Shown here: positions 12,724 through 25,980 of the stretch, in pieces
How the letters are laid out: each line of letters opens with the position of its first letter
How positions within the stretch are numbered: the stretch's first letter is position 1
Origin: Octopus sinensis
Taxonomy: Eukaryota
DNA: 64,000 bases
NCBI RefSeq assembly: GCF_006345805.1
Contig: NC_043013.1
Coordinates: 40,424,001-40,488,000 of the forward strand
Direction: 5' to 3'
The notes under the pieces: model-generated
The model's database searches: none
What the model saw: the letters and a program-made list of their open reading frames with translations, nothing else
What the model was told of the DNA's origin: nothing
Translations under genes and position numbers: made by a program

Positions 12724-15510
12724 TACAGAACACTGAATCTTGTTTCCACTTCTCCCATTGCTGTTACAATGGTGTCTACTTTGAATTAGCAATTTGTAAG
12801 CCACTTCCTCATAGCTTTACTAATGTGCATGTCTCCGTCTCCTCTTCTTGTCATTTTTAATGTATCACTTTCCTCCTAGATCCTATAATCAAACTGCTTT
12901 TTCAGTCATTTCTCTTAAGATTTATTTACCTTCTCGAATTCTGTCTTTTTTTTCTGTACAAACATCAATCTACAGATATTCAAAATGAATATTAATAGCA
13001 TCAGTTTCATCAGTCTGAGAAAGCTTTTAAAAGCCAGGAGAGCCATCAACCCTTCTTTTATTAATTAAAAAAGAAAAATGCCAAAGTTAATTTTGAACTG
13101 ACAGTGGATCCATAGTTTGGTTCATTAAGATCAAAATATTTGCTGAGGCTAATGTTCATAGGTTTATTAAATACTCACTCATATACACACTCACATTTGG
13201 ATGTTTGAGAAATTAATGAAATCAACAAATATCAATATTAGTAACACTGAAACTAAAAAAAACAAACTAACAAACAAAAATTACACCATAGGAGACATTT
13301 GTTATTAATCATGTTTTTAGTTCCTTCCATTAGTATTTCCCATTATAGGAAACTTAATTATTTATCTACTTTTGGAGTATAAACGTCAATATTGACCCAA
13401 CTACATTTGAACTCAAAATTGGCAGATGAGCAGAAGATACAATGAAGTATCCTCTCTTCTTGCCTAGGTCAAAGCGAAACATTTCACTGAGGTAATATAT
13501 ATGCATTGATAAAAGTCCACCAAAAAGCATACTTCTCTTTCAGTAAATAAACAAGCATAACCACGTGGTTAAGAAATTCACTTCATGACTACAAGATTTC
13601 TGATTTAACCCCTTGGGTGTCTTCTACCATATGTTCTGGTCAACCAAAGCCTTGTATGTTAAATTCAGGAGACTGAAACTATATTGAACCCTATTTGGGA
13701 GTACCGTTTCTGTTTATCTATGGTGGACAGACAATTCATTGGCAACTTCAATATTGATTTAAAATTTTTACACAAGGCCAACAATTTCGGAGGGAAGGGA
13801 TAAATCTATTACATTGACCTCAGTATTTAACTGGTACCAATTTTATTGATCTCAAAAGGATGAAAAGCAAAGTTTACCTCATTAAAGATGGACGAAATGC
13901 CAGTGCACTAACTGTTCTGCCAGCTTGCTACATATTAAAATATTAACAAGAATGTGTTTGGTTCAACTCATTTACATCGTGGCATTATGTTGATGGTTCA
14001 ACACGAATTGGTATTGTAGCAATTATTGACATTGGGGAAGGTTCAGCAGGATAGAAATATAAAACACTATAAGATATTTATATGTAATAAACTATTATCA
14101 TTAAAGCCAGTAGAGCAGCAGCAATAATAGAACATGTTGAATGGTTGATAGAATGGCTAATAGTTTTGTCTTCCATGTTCTGTGTGATCCCTGTAGAATT
14201 TCACTCTGTAAGATAAATAAGCTACTGGCATTTATTGGTGTCAGTGTTACAAATTGTAGCATTGTGCAAAGTAAATTTTTTAAAAAATTCATTATTAAAG
14301 TAAGAAATCATAGTTTCTTACATTGGCACAAGACCACATATTTGTAGAGGAACTGCATAGTCATTTGAACTGATAAAATATATTAACCAATACTTATTTT
14401 ATCACTCCTAGATGAATGAAAGGCTGTTTCAATTTGAGCAAACTTCAACGTATGACAAAATGAAATAGTTGTATATGGATGCTGATTCGTTTCTTGATAA
14501 TGTCATCTTTATGTTGAATTAATTAAATAAGTTGATCGTGAGGGAGTTGAAAAAGCCAGAAAAAATACCATGGAGTATTTCCTTCAACATTCTATTGATT
14601 GTGCTAATCCTCCACCCTAAATAGTGTTCGTTGATTATTTATCACTAGCGGGACCCGTGAATACTTTACGGAATTAATGGTAAACCTATTGGGTTATTTC
14701 TGAAAACTTTATCCAAAAACCTGAAAGTATAGCTTGTATTGTGTCTGTGTGGAAAGATAATCACTCATCAGCTACTCATTGAAAAGTGAAAGAAATTTGA
14801 ATACGATGCTTACTAATGTACTTTATATACTTTATGCACAATTTTATAGACTTAATACATAGCACTCATAAAATAAATATTCACTCTTATTTTTCCAGTT
14901 TTCTCATAAACAAAAACAAAAAATATCCCATACATATGATACAACTTTCAGTTAAATTGCATACATCTGCCACATTAATAAGTGTGAATATTTCATGGAA
15001 TTGCACTCATGCACATGCGTCAAGTAGGTGATATAAAAAAAACTTAATTCAATTAATTAAAAAAAAACACTTTTTACTATCCAATCACCACCTCCACCAC
15101 CATCATCATAATCTCTCTCTCTCTCTTATCCCTCCTCTCTTTCCCCTCTCTGCCTTCCTTTAACCTCACCATCAAAACATTACCCCTCTACTAAATTATA
15201 TTTTAAACTCTCCTCTTCAACTAACTTTTTTAACCACATAATAAATATTACGTTCCCCCTACCACACGTCATGAACGCTTCTTTCTCCCTCTTTCTGTCT
15301 CATTCTTCATCTTATCCTCTTTTTCTCTCTCCTTTTTCTTTCTCTTCTTTTTCCCTTCAACTTACACTTACATTCCCTCTACCTCACATCATGGAAGTTT
15401 CTCTCTACCTCATTTTCTCTCTCCTTTTCTTTCTCCCTCTTTTTCTCTAATCATGTGAAAGCATTATCAATGGGTTAAATAACGCAACGATAAGCAAAAT
15501 TATTATTATT

Positions 15511-16014
15511 ACTAGCTAGTCCCATGCTGTAAAAAATGACAGCTAATTGTAGTATTTTATATATAAATAAGGACAAAAGATAGAATATGGATGGTAATTC
15601 AAATTAATACACTTCTCAGTGTTATCTAGTGGTTGTATTTTGAGATGTGATATCAATCATCATTTGTTACTGAAAGAACGCCGGTTCACGCATACATTTA
15701 TATACTTCCCTTGTACATGCAAACATATATACTCACACAGAGTTCAAACGCTGTTTGATTTTTCTTTTCAATGTTGAATGTTCACCATCTCACTTTCATT
15801 GTGCGCGCGCGTGCACACACACACAAACATTCACACACCTCCCTTTGACATATACTCACAGAGTTAAAATGTTTGAATTGTTTTCACCGTAGAATTTCCA
15901 TCAACCACCTCCCAGTTTACCATCACCCCTTCCTTCCTTATTCATCTATCACCCCTTCCTTTCTCATTCATATGTTGTGACGGAGAAAAACACAAGAGTA
16001 TTATTATAGTAGAT
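15511..16014 (+). mobile_element. Non-autonomous Helitron-like interspersed repeat
   Basis: Starts actagc and ends tattattatagtagat, termini typical of short Helitron-derived elements. No TIR or TSD seen. A second copy lies inverted at 8515-8830. Confidence 0.5.
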
Positions 16015-17836
16015 TATTCATTAATTCAGCCTTCTCTCACTCAATGGAAGAGTGTTGATAGCTTCGAAATTTAGTTTATCATTTTAGCTATGCATTTTGA
16101 TTATAAGGCTGACATCCACTCTAGGCACCTGCAAGAAATAACAGCCAAATTTCAAATAATGCTCTTTGTCTTAAAATGGGAAAGCCACACTGAATTATTT
16201 GATCTTAGATAAACTAAAATTTATCTTAGACTTGAATAAGGCTGGAACACTTTCGTTCAAAATCTACTGAATCAGGGCTGACCTGAAACTAAGCAACAAT
16301 AACACTAAGTATTGTTTCTATTTAAAATTTTGCTGCTATTTTTCGACCACTATGTGTGTGTGATCAGTTTTATTTCAAGATTTCTTGCCAATAGAGAAAG
16401 AGCTGGTTTCTAACCTAGACTCAAGGCTCTTTCATCGGAATTTCAACATCAACAACAGGATATTTTTGTTTGTATGCATGTATATGTGCAGATTTATATG
16501 TTTTGTTTTATGTATGTATTCTCATGTATATATATGTATGAATGTATGTACGTATATATGTACGTACATGCGTATGTATGTGTGTGTGTGTGTGTGTGTG
16601 TATTTTTATTAATCATTAGTATTTCTGTTGCAATATCTGTTGTTTTCTTTCAAAGAACACGAAGTCAATTTTATAATCATTTGGAACTGGAATTAATGTT
16701 GTTGCAACTTTCAGATGCAGTGGAACTCAGAATAATGAGATATATGCCGTAGGTATTATCTTTAACTCTCCTCTATCTCAACTATCATCAATAACATCAT
16801 TTTTGCATATAAATAGTATATTGGATACGCCATGCAAAGCAAAAAGCCTTAATCAAAATAGCAGTCAAACGGAAATTTAAAGAATTGCTTCTCTGTTATT
16901 TCATTTCAGTAGACAAAATTCAGTTGTTTATGCACAATGATTTGTAAATTGGGTGTTTCGGTGATGTTTTGACTAGGTGTTTTGTATCTTATTATTTTAC
17001 CAAAATATTGAAGCTTTTTGTTGTCAAAAACTGTGGATTAAATAATGAAATCTTATATGTCAGCTGGAGTAAATATTTATCCACTTTTTTCCGCTTGCAT
17101 AGTCTTGCAGCAGATATAATATCAAGAATTGTTCTCTTGGGGTTTTTATGATATCATTTAATACATAAAAAATTGGAACTAATAGTCTCCTCCATATTAA
17201 TTCCTAAACGATGATTTCAGCAAAGTTGGAGGATATACATAACATGTTTACAGCATGTTGAGACAGATGATAGGATCAAGATAATACAGTAAATGTTTAT
17301 AATACATTGAACATGTAATAAAGTTGGTGTAAATACTTGAAATAGGTGATTTCTTCCAATTACTAAACAATTATTCAAATCTCCTCATGTCACATGACAT
17401 AACATGCCTATATTTGCGCAACATTCAGAAAGACTTGTCAGGTTTCAAGCATAATGTCAGCTCACACCTGTACCCGCATTGTCTTGGACAATGATTATAA
17501 TATTTCTTGTCAAAAGAACTAAGATCAATGGATTAAGGTTGGCTAAATGCCAACAAATCTTATCTTCGAAACATAGTTCGAATACCAGTATGATGTGATG
17601 TTTTGATAAACTACTTAATTGTAATCTTATCCATAACCGATAGGACATAGTAAAGGAAAATATTCTGCTGATTAACTATTAATAAAATCAGACCCTTTTA
17701 AATGAAAGATAAAATATTGTGGAACAAAAGTTTCAAATCCAAGTGTATTTTCCTGCGATTTTGTTCATTCAAGGCTAGGTTTTGTCTTCAAAATAAATAG
17801 AAAGACTGAAGGGTTCATTATGATATGCAATGCAAA

Positions 17837-17883
<47 letters not shown>

Positions 17884-18408
17884 CTTTGATGCGAAAGTAA
17901 GCCACGTGGCAACACTACAGTATTTTGACAGCTTAGAACAAGGACATCATTCTTAGCTGCTGACGTTTTAACACGCGGTCTATTTTCCCAGTGAAACTAA
18001 ATACATACGAGTATGAATCCGTTTATTCGCTAAATCAGTATTCCAGTTGTCCATATAAATATACAACTTCAAAATATTTAATCATAATTTACTATAGTAC
18101 TCTGCATTATGTAAAGATGTTTGCTTGTCAAAAAAAGTTTGATAAATATTCCCAAGTGAATCACAGATTTTCCATGTTTTGACTTAGGTGCACGTTTGTA
18201 ATGAGATCATGGACTTTCTGTTTTATTTTCGCCTTTAAACAGTAAAAAAGAGGAAGACAAAAATAGGTTCCCAGTTTCATTTCTCGATGATGTAACAGGA
18301 AATAAATTGTCAAATGGACTTCGTTTAATGTTGGTGACAAAAACTTCATATTGTTATTTATAACGCAAATCACTAAACAGAACTTATTCTTAATATATAG
18401 TTTGTATG

Positions 18409-18689
18409 CAGTAGCGGACTGGGTCTAAAAATATTGGTTGCCAGGAGACTAAGGAGGCCCACCCGCAACTACAATGTTATTTAATTATTTTTTTTTTTTG
18501 TTAAAATTATTCTTTTCAACTGTCTACAAAAACAGCCAGGTTGAAATAATGCATTCTTCCAGGAGTGAATTAAAAAATTCTCAAACTTGAGGGGATGAGC
18601 CCCTTAGATACTAACATGGGCCCCCATATATGGATTCTAATGGCGTAAGGGCCCACTTGCCATCGGGCAAGCTGGCCAGTCTGCCACTG
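18409..18689. mobile_element. hAT-like MITE (~280 bp)
   Basis: TIRs cagtagcggactgg / ccagtctgccactg. Degenerate 8-bp flanks tttgtatg and tttgcgtc (5/8 match). Confidence 0.65.
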
Positions 18690-20505
18690 TTTGCGTCTGT
18701 CGTTTTGCTTTTTTCCTTCCGATTTACACTTGTGTACTTGCTTTGGGAGTCACTTTGATCGAAGCACTCTGTACAAACGAACACAGACAAAGTGTGATGT
18801 TCATATATTTGTGTACCTGCGTGTGTAAGAGTATGTTTTATTAGTTATTTGAAAGTAGAACACCCTTGGCCTTTGCCAAACAAAGGTGTTTAGTGTAGGC
18901 CTAGGGCGGAGGAAGTAAATTCAATAGAGAGAAGAAAAAGTGATGAAAGGAGTGTGTCAGATGGGGAGTAAGTGGAGGAGTAATGCAATTTGTTAGCTCA
19001 GAAGAGCAGAAGCCATTTCAGTTATGTCAAAAGAAGAACAGTGCTTCTGTCTTCTGTTGATTATCTATATGTCAACCTTCAAAGCAACCTAAGTTTACAA
19101 TTTCGATTGTGAAATAATTGTATTTTGCATAAAACAAGTGCCACTGAATATATCTATGTAAAATCTTTTTATGGATCATTTTAATCTACTCAACTTTATC
19201 CACTTGTAGCGGGGTTTAGATTGAAATCATGTTGGCTCAGTAACGAGAAATAGACCACATCATATAAGGTGATTTGTACTAGATTCTGACCAATAGTATT
19301 TCAGCTGTAACTTTTCGATGGAACTTTCCGTGAGCTTTCTGCCAAAACATGGCTATAAATTGAGATGTGCTTCACAGTTAAGCCAGATAGGCAGACACAC
19401 CAGGGGTAACAGAAAGCCGTGAGAAGAGGTTTCTCAGTCGCTGCTCGATCCCGGGTTAAAAGGAATCGTTTGTTTATAATGAACACAGGATTTTCCCGCC
19501 TCTCACAATACAACAATGTAGCTGTACTTTCCAGTTAGCATACGCTTAAATAACTCACTACTGGTTATCAGTGATACAGTTTTCGGCAAGGAACTACTGC
19601 AATCATTGTAATATTTATATGCAAATAAATGGTTTCTTCGAAAACTTCAGGTGGGCTTGGTTGTAATAGGGCAAAAACATGCAGCCTAGAACAGCCCAAC
19701 CAATTGTTCAGCACCTATTTAATCAAGCTTCCTCACACATTCTTCATTCAGCACTTTTCCGTATGACTTGCACATAGCATAGCCACTAGAGATGACAAGT
19801 TCTTTCATTTTGGAAATCCAATGAACCAACCAGATCCGGCGATATTACAATTTTATGTGTTGTACTCGTTACTCTGTATGTACTTTGCAGTTTATCTCTC
19901 TCCTCACAAATACTTAATAATTCAAAATAATAACGGAAAGTATACCTCATAAAGCAATAGGTAAAGGGCAAGGTTATTTATCTGGATAAAAAGAATAGTT
20001 AGAATGCGTGTCTGTAAAGCAACATTTTCAGTATTTGACAGCAGCTGACTCTTAAATGTTTCAGATCTGTTTACAACTAATTTTAGTGATCTGGTTCTAT
20101 CAACCAGTTTGAAAAGACAGATCATACTTCATTTCTTTGTAATTGTAGATTAATACTTCTGTTGAAACTAGATCCCAACCTACAAAGGTGTACTTAAATT
20201 GTTATTGAATTTATAATTTTTTATTTTATATTGTGATTGGTGAACACTAGCGACGTTGGTTACAGAGTTCCCAGCAAACCAATCACTATTTCACTGCATT
20301 TTCAATGGTGGCAGTGACAACGGAATGTCTTCATAACTCGCTACAAAACAAATATGATCTAGGTCTTTGTTCAGGGAGCACTCTTTTTCAGGTTTTTGTC
20401 AATTTTTATATCCTACGTTGCCTTAGAGATGCCGCATACACATCCATGTATCAGCTGGTTGTGTGTGTGTCTCTCAAGCCATCCATATGTCCATCCATCC
20501 ATCCA

Positions 20506-20579
20506 CATACATACATACATACATACATACATACATACATACATACATACATACATACATACATACATACATACATACA

Positions 20580-20608
<29 letters not shown>
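20506..20608. repeat. (CATA)n tetranucleotide microsatellite, flanked by (TCCA)n and (TG)n
   Basis: About 25 uninterrupted CATA units read directly. Confidence 0.95.
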
Positions 20609-20614
<6 letters not shown>

Positions 20615-21114
20615 GTGTGTGTGTGTGTGTGTATGTATTACTGTTACAACTAAATGGGAATTTCTGTGTATGTATGATCGCATGGATTACAGACTCAGGC
20701 CTCTGGGAGTGGAGATCTACTCTCACAAACGGGTATTTGGAATCATGAAGCCAGGACATGCATTCACAGTGGACTGCAAGTAAACAACACCGTCTTTCAG
20801 CGAGGTGGCCATTGTTTACAACCAGCGAACACACTTCAAAGTTCTTTCATTTTGGAAATCCAATGAGCCAACCAGATCCGGCGATATTACAATTTAATGT
20901 GTTGTACACGTTACCCTGAATGTACTTTGCAGTTCATCTCTCTCATGCATAGTCACTAACACTGAGACCCACACATACATACGCAGACACACGCCCCCTT
21001 CTCCCACAACATGATTATTTCAGTTTCTGCCTATTAAAATCCTCTTGCAAAGCTTTGCTTGGCCCCGAGACTTGTGCATAACCTTTCCTCTACTAATGCG
21101 ATTGATGTCATTAC

Positions 21115-21420
21115 TGTTCCTCTTTAACTTTTGTAAATCAGCACCAGCGGGAAAGGCATGATCAGAGAGAGAATTCCAGAGTTTCTATGTTCTAGGAAGG
21201 AGGGACTGGGTGCAGTAATTAGTGCGGGCCCGGGTTGTTGGATACAAGAACGTTGATGAGGTAAGTGGCGAATGGAACATGAATACCTGTGTAGAATTGA
21301 CATGAGCCCAGTCAAGTAAAAGTTATTTTAGTAATGATAGAAGGAGTAGAGCTAGAAATCAGTGCACATATGAGCCAGAGTTAGGAGTGTGTCTGTGAAG
21401 TGGTTAAAATAGCAGGCACA
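21115..21420 (-). mobile_element. CR1/L2-type LINE 3' remnant
   Basis: Minus-strand RTNYCTQSLLPRT*KLWNSLSDHAFPAGADLQKLK resembles the SFxPRTxxLWNSLP..FP..DLQxFK terminus. Confidence 0.6.
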
Positions 21421-21459
21421 AAATTCGATTCCCGTAGCAGGCTTTTCCTGTCTTCTTTC

Positions 21460-21494
<35 letters not shown>

Positions 21495-21633
21495 ATATAT
21501 ATCAACCATACGTTGATGTTTTTCTGTATTGATTTTCTCGCTGAGATGCTGTATGAGGAATCCTGGGTTGTTAAGCTAAAGCTTCTAATCTACACGGTTG
21601 AAGTTTAATGTAGTGATTAGAGGTGCCGTCTAG

Positions 21634-22612
21634 GGATCTTTTCTTTTTGAAGGCCAGATTTTCCTAGTTAACTAAAAAATTTGAAACTTCGTATACTGGT
21701 AGAATGTGTCAAAAGAAAACATTATTGTAAACAAAATTGAAAACAAAATTGTAATTCGTAACTTAAACGTAGTTTAATTTTAAGAATTTTAACCAATGAA
21801 ATCGCAGCATTCGAGCTCAAATTATTTACCTCTTCTTCTGTCTTCTACATGTGCTAGAAATAACAGCTATATCTCTTAAATCGATTAATTTCGTCGCCCA
21901 ATAAAAATATTAACGATATTTTTTGAATATTTTCTTTCTTTTTTTTTTTACCGAAAAGGCTTCTCCCATGGTTTTGAAGGGCCAGAAACAACAAAAACAA
22001 AACAATAATATGCCTAAATCGGTCTCGAGTTTGCGCGTGGAGTGTTAGTAGTATTGTAAAAATTTGCGAAATATTTTTTCATAAAAGGATGCTCCCAGCT
22101 TGTCGGAAGCTGTGATATAAATTGGGAAAAAAAGCCTCGACACCAGTGCGTAATTGGTACTTAATTTATCGACCCCGAAACGATGAAACATTGACCCCAC
22201 CCCAGCTTCTGTGCAAATTTGTTGCGGCAAGTGGCAAAACACGAACGTGTATTTTTGCTTGTGTGCGTATGTGTGTGTATGTATATGTCTGTTTGTATGT
22301 GTGTATACGCTTATATATTAATTACTATGTGCTTGTGCAAATGTGCGTGTGTGTGTGTGTCGTGCGTCTGCTATATTTCTTTATCAATATCGATAACGCA
22401 GCAATGTTGGGATTTCATTGCTTAAAATTCGAAGATGTTGGGATTTCATTGGTTAAAATTCGTAAAAATTAAACTACGTTTAAGTTACAAATTACAATTT
22501 TGTTTTCAATTTTGTTTACAATAATGTTTTCTTTTGACACATTCTACCAGTATACGAAGTTTCAAATTTTTTAGTTAACTAGGAAAATCTGGTCTTCAAA
22601 AAGAAAAGATCC
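21634..22612. mobile_element. Non-autonomous foldback DNA transposon with ~170-bp TIRs and 8-bp TSD (Merlin-like by termini)
   Basis: Arms 21634-~21803 and ~22442-22612 are reverse complements with ~4 differences. Both begin GGATCTTTTC. Exact direct repeat CCGTCTAG at 21626-21633 and 22613-22620. Confidence 0.85.
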
Positions 22613-24746
22613 CCGTCTAGTTAACAAGAAATATGAGATTTGGCTTCCGTTGACGATCTTGCAACCCTTTTACCCTCTACACATGCGCGCACGCGACGGG
22701 CATCCACGCAGCTTCTGTCAAATTCCATTCGCAATGTCTTAGTCAACGCAAAGTATGATAGAAGGCAATTACGAGAAGTGCTTTGCAGTGGGATGGAACC
22801 TGACCTCGTAGTTACGAATCAAACTACTTAACTATACAACCATGCCAAAGGATTTGTAATATTAACATTTTCTTGATAAAAAACCTCTTTAAAAACTTTA
22901 ATTTTAGCATCCTTTTTATTAAATTTGCTTTCTTCGTGATCCTTGTGATGTAGAACTTCCAACGTAATTTGAGGCGGAGTTAAAACTGATATTTTGCTTC
23001 ATCGATAACTAAACTCATTCACCAACATAAACCTGCTGTCTCTTCTCTGCCTTTTCTATTATAACTAGTGATTGCTGTCCATCGGAGATTTTAAAATAAA
23101 TGCTGTTAGGGATGGTGAAGAGAAACTACCTCAAATAAGTGCTTATAATGTTTAATATCATTTATATTGGTTTCAATTTTTGGCACAAGGCCAGCAATTT
23201 TGGTGAGTGGATAAATCGATTACATCGATCCCTGTACTCAACTGGTATTTATTTTGTCGACTGGATGAAAAGTAAAGTCGACCTCGGCGTTAATACCATT
23301 TATATTAAAACCTTTAAAGTTCAGCCTGTATCATCAGTGGATATGATTGTACATACATTACATATAAGATTAGCGTATATATTCAGCGCTGGATCAAGCA
23401 AAATAAGCACGTGTTTATGGCATGATGGAAAGATGGGGCTACCACAGTTTACGACACACACACACACACACAAAAAAATATCTATCTAAACTTGCTAAAT
23501 GAAATAATATTCGAAGTGGTTTATATAATTGGAAATATAATTTCGAAGTGTTCATCGTGTCATAGTGAAGATCTGATCAAAAACTTTGCAATAAAAAAAA
23601 AGTACGAGAAATATAAATGAAATGGAAGCCTTATTTTTCCATTTTACTGTTAATTTTGTTTTATTTTGAAAAAAAAAAAGGTTTATTATTGTTTATATAT
23701 CGAATTACATATATAGGGGGCGGGGGCAACAAAATTTTAAAAATTGCTTTGGGCCTCTATGGCTCTGTATATATTGGATAATACTAGTTTTGTTTCCAGA
23801 TGTTAAGATAGTAAGTCTTCTTTAAATTGATCGATTATACTTTTTCTGTGATCTAAAGAATATCTAAACAGTTCGTTGTACTGAACAAATATATAAGCAT
23901 TGCAAAATAATACTATGCATTAAATTCTAGCAAAAGTTGCAACTATTTAGCTAACATTTAAATTGGATCTTTTCTTTTTGAAGGCCAGATTTTCCTAGTT
24001 TAAATTTTCTGAATATATTCTAACCTACGAAAATATAAACTTCCTGTAATGAAAACCGCTCAACCCGGCAGGGAATATACAAGCATCAATGTCATTTCTT
24101 TTTAGTTCCATAGGAATCTTAATACTTTAACTAAATGTTCAAATCAACATTTCACAGTCACAAACGGCTATTTTGAGACACCTCCTTCAAAGGTTTTGTT
24201 GATCATATCGGCCCTACTTCAATCAATTATATATTATTTATTTCAGACTAGTACTTATTTCATCGGCTCTGTTAGTCGAACAGGCAAGTCACAGAACAAA
24301 TGTGACACAACATAACAGAAACACACACACTCGACTGTGTACACATATATCCACGGGCGCATAACAACTTGGGCAAGTGTCTTCTACTATAGCCTTGGTT
24401 TGACTAATGTCTTTTGAGGGAAATTTGGGAGACGGAAAATGTAAGGAAACCTGGTGTGTGTATATATATAGTCAGCACTAATTGTGACTGTGCTACAAGT
24501 ACATATATTGCAAGAAATAGCTGTTAAGTGATGGAGGCACCCTGTTGGCAATTCCCATCAGGATTAAACTGCTTCGTTCATGGGATAGTTGTCTGTCCTG
24601 TAGGTGAATATCAATCTGCTTTTTCTTATCTATAAGTGGATTAACTGCTATTTCTAGCAATAAATATGCTTGAAGCACATACAGTCACAATTATTGACAA
24701 CTAAATTTTGCCTATACGGTTTATATTGCGCCCAGCTGTCCACATT

Positions 24747-24774
<28 letters not shown>

Positions 24775-24777
<3 letters not shown>

Positions 24778-25155
24778 CTTTTGTTTTACTTGTTTCAGTC
24801 ATTTGACTGCGGCCATACCGGAGCACCGCATTTAGTTGAACATATCGACCCCAGGACTTATTCTCAATAAGCCTAGTACTTATTCTATCGGTTCTTTTGC
24901 CGAACCACGAGGTTATAGGGACGTAAACACACCAACAACGGTTATCAAGCGATAGTGGAGGACAAACACAGACACACAAATATATACATATATACGACGG
25001 TCTTCTTTCAGTTTCCGTCTACCAAATCCACTCACAAGGCTTTGGTCGGCCCGAGGTTATAGTAGAAGACACTTACCCAAGGTGTCACGTGCCACGCAGT
25101 GGGACTGAATCCGGAACCATGTGGTTGGGAAGCAAGCTTCTTACTACACAGTCAC
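24775..25155 (-). mobile_element. tRNA-headed SINE (same family as 45566-45990)
   Basis: Colinear with 45566-45990: cttgtttcagtcatttgactgcggcc ... ctttcagtttccgtctaccaaatccactcacaaggc ... gggactgaatccggaaccatgtgg. Confidence 0.85.
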
Positions 25156-25649
25156 CTCTATATATATATAGACACACAAATACATGCATACATACATACG
25201 TGCGTACATAGAGCTTTTGTAGTTAATACCATCTTCATGCCACTCACAAGAAGGCGCCCTGTGACAAAATTGGTAAGGAGAACAAAACTATATTTGGGTC
25301 CAGGGAGGAGGTGCTATCTTCTCAAAATTTAAGGGTTCAACCAGGGGCTGTCTGGCTCCGGACCGATGTGTTGGCTGAAACATACCACTCCAGATCATAG
25401 GCCCAGCGTAGAAGGAATTGGTTGACCTAAGGTAGAAAACACTCTAAGTAACACACTGTGGGAACGAACCCCAACCCATGTGGTGCGAAACGAATCTCTT
25501 CAAAGCAATTTATTATTTAGCTACATCTGGATGCTGTAAGTTCATTTCTGGTAACATGCTCATGGATTATAAAAATAAAAACTGCACGTATAATACATAA
25601 CTTAGAAGCAGCGCTGCGGATATGTTAACACACTAGCTCGAGATATGGC

Positions 25650-25980
25650 TGCCCTCAATTTACGATGGAATATAGCCATCAACAATTTCCTTTCCTCGAC
25701 ATCCTCATTAAGAAATCCAACAAAATATAAACAGACATATACTATAAGTCCAAGGACTCCAAGCAACATCTGCCGTTCAACTCATGCCACCCCAGACACT
25801 TGAATGAATGTCCCTTACAACCTGGCAAAAAGAATTTTTACTATAGTACCTGATATAAGAACCAGGGACACACGACTACACGAGCTAAAGGATACACTCA
25901 TCAGCAGGAACTACCCACCATCACTAATTGATATAGGCTTTCAACGTGCCCTGCAATTCAACATCCACGAACTCCGTATC
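25650..25980 (+). mobile_element. Penelope-like element RT fragment
   Basis: FTMEYSHQQFPFLDILIKK..TDIYYKSKDSKQHLPFNSCHPRH..NVPYNLAKRIFTIV..LKDTLISRNYP: PFLD, TDIYYK, SCHP and L.xRNYP are PLE motifs. Confidence 0.8.

Noticed and set aside
18961-18973. ATG GGG A followed by a perfect GTAAGT donor, downstream of a ggcggaggaagt motif
   Set aside because: Could be a first coding exon, but short motifs of this kind arise by chance in 64 kb and no downstream exon could be linked.
20305-20834. Cluster of overlapping 60-150 aa ORFs (HTYI/MYVC repeats); similar ORFs at 16385-16752, 35752-35976 and 50935-51509
   Set aside because: They are translations of (CATA)n, (TA)n and (TG)n microsatellites, which lack stop codons by composition.
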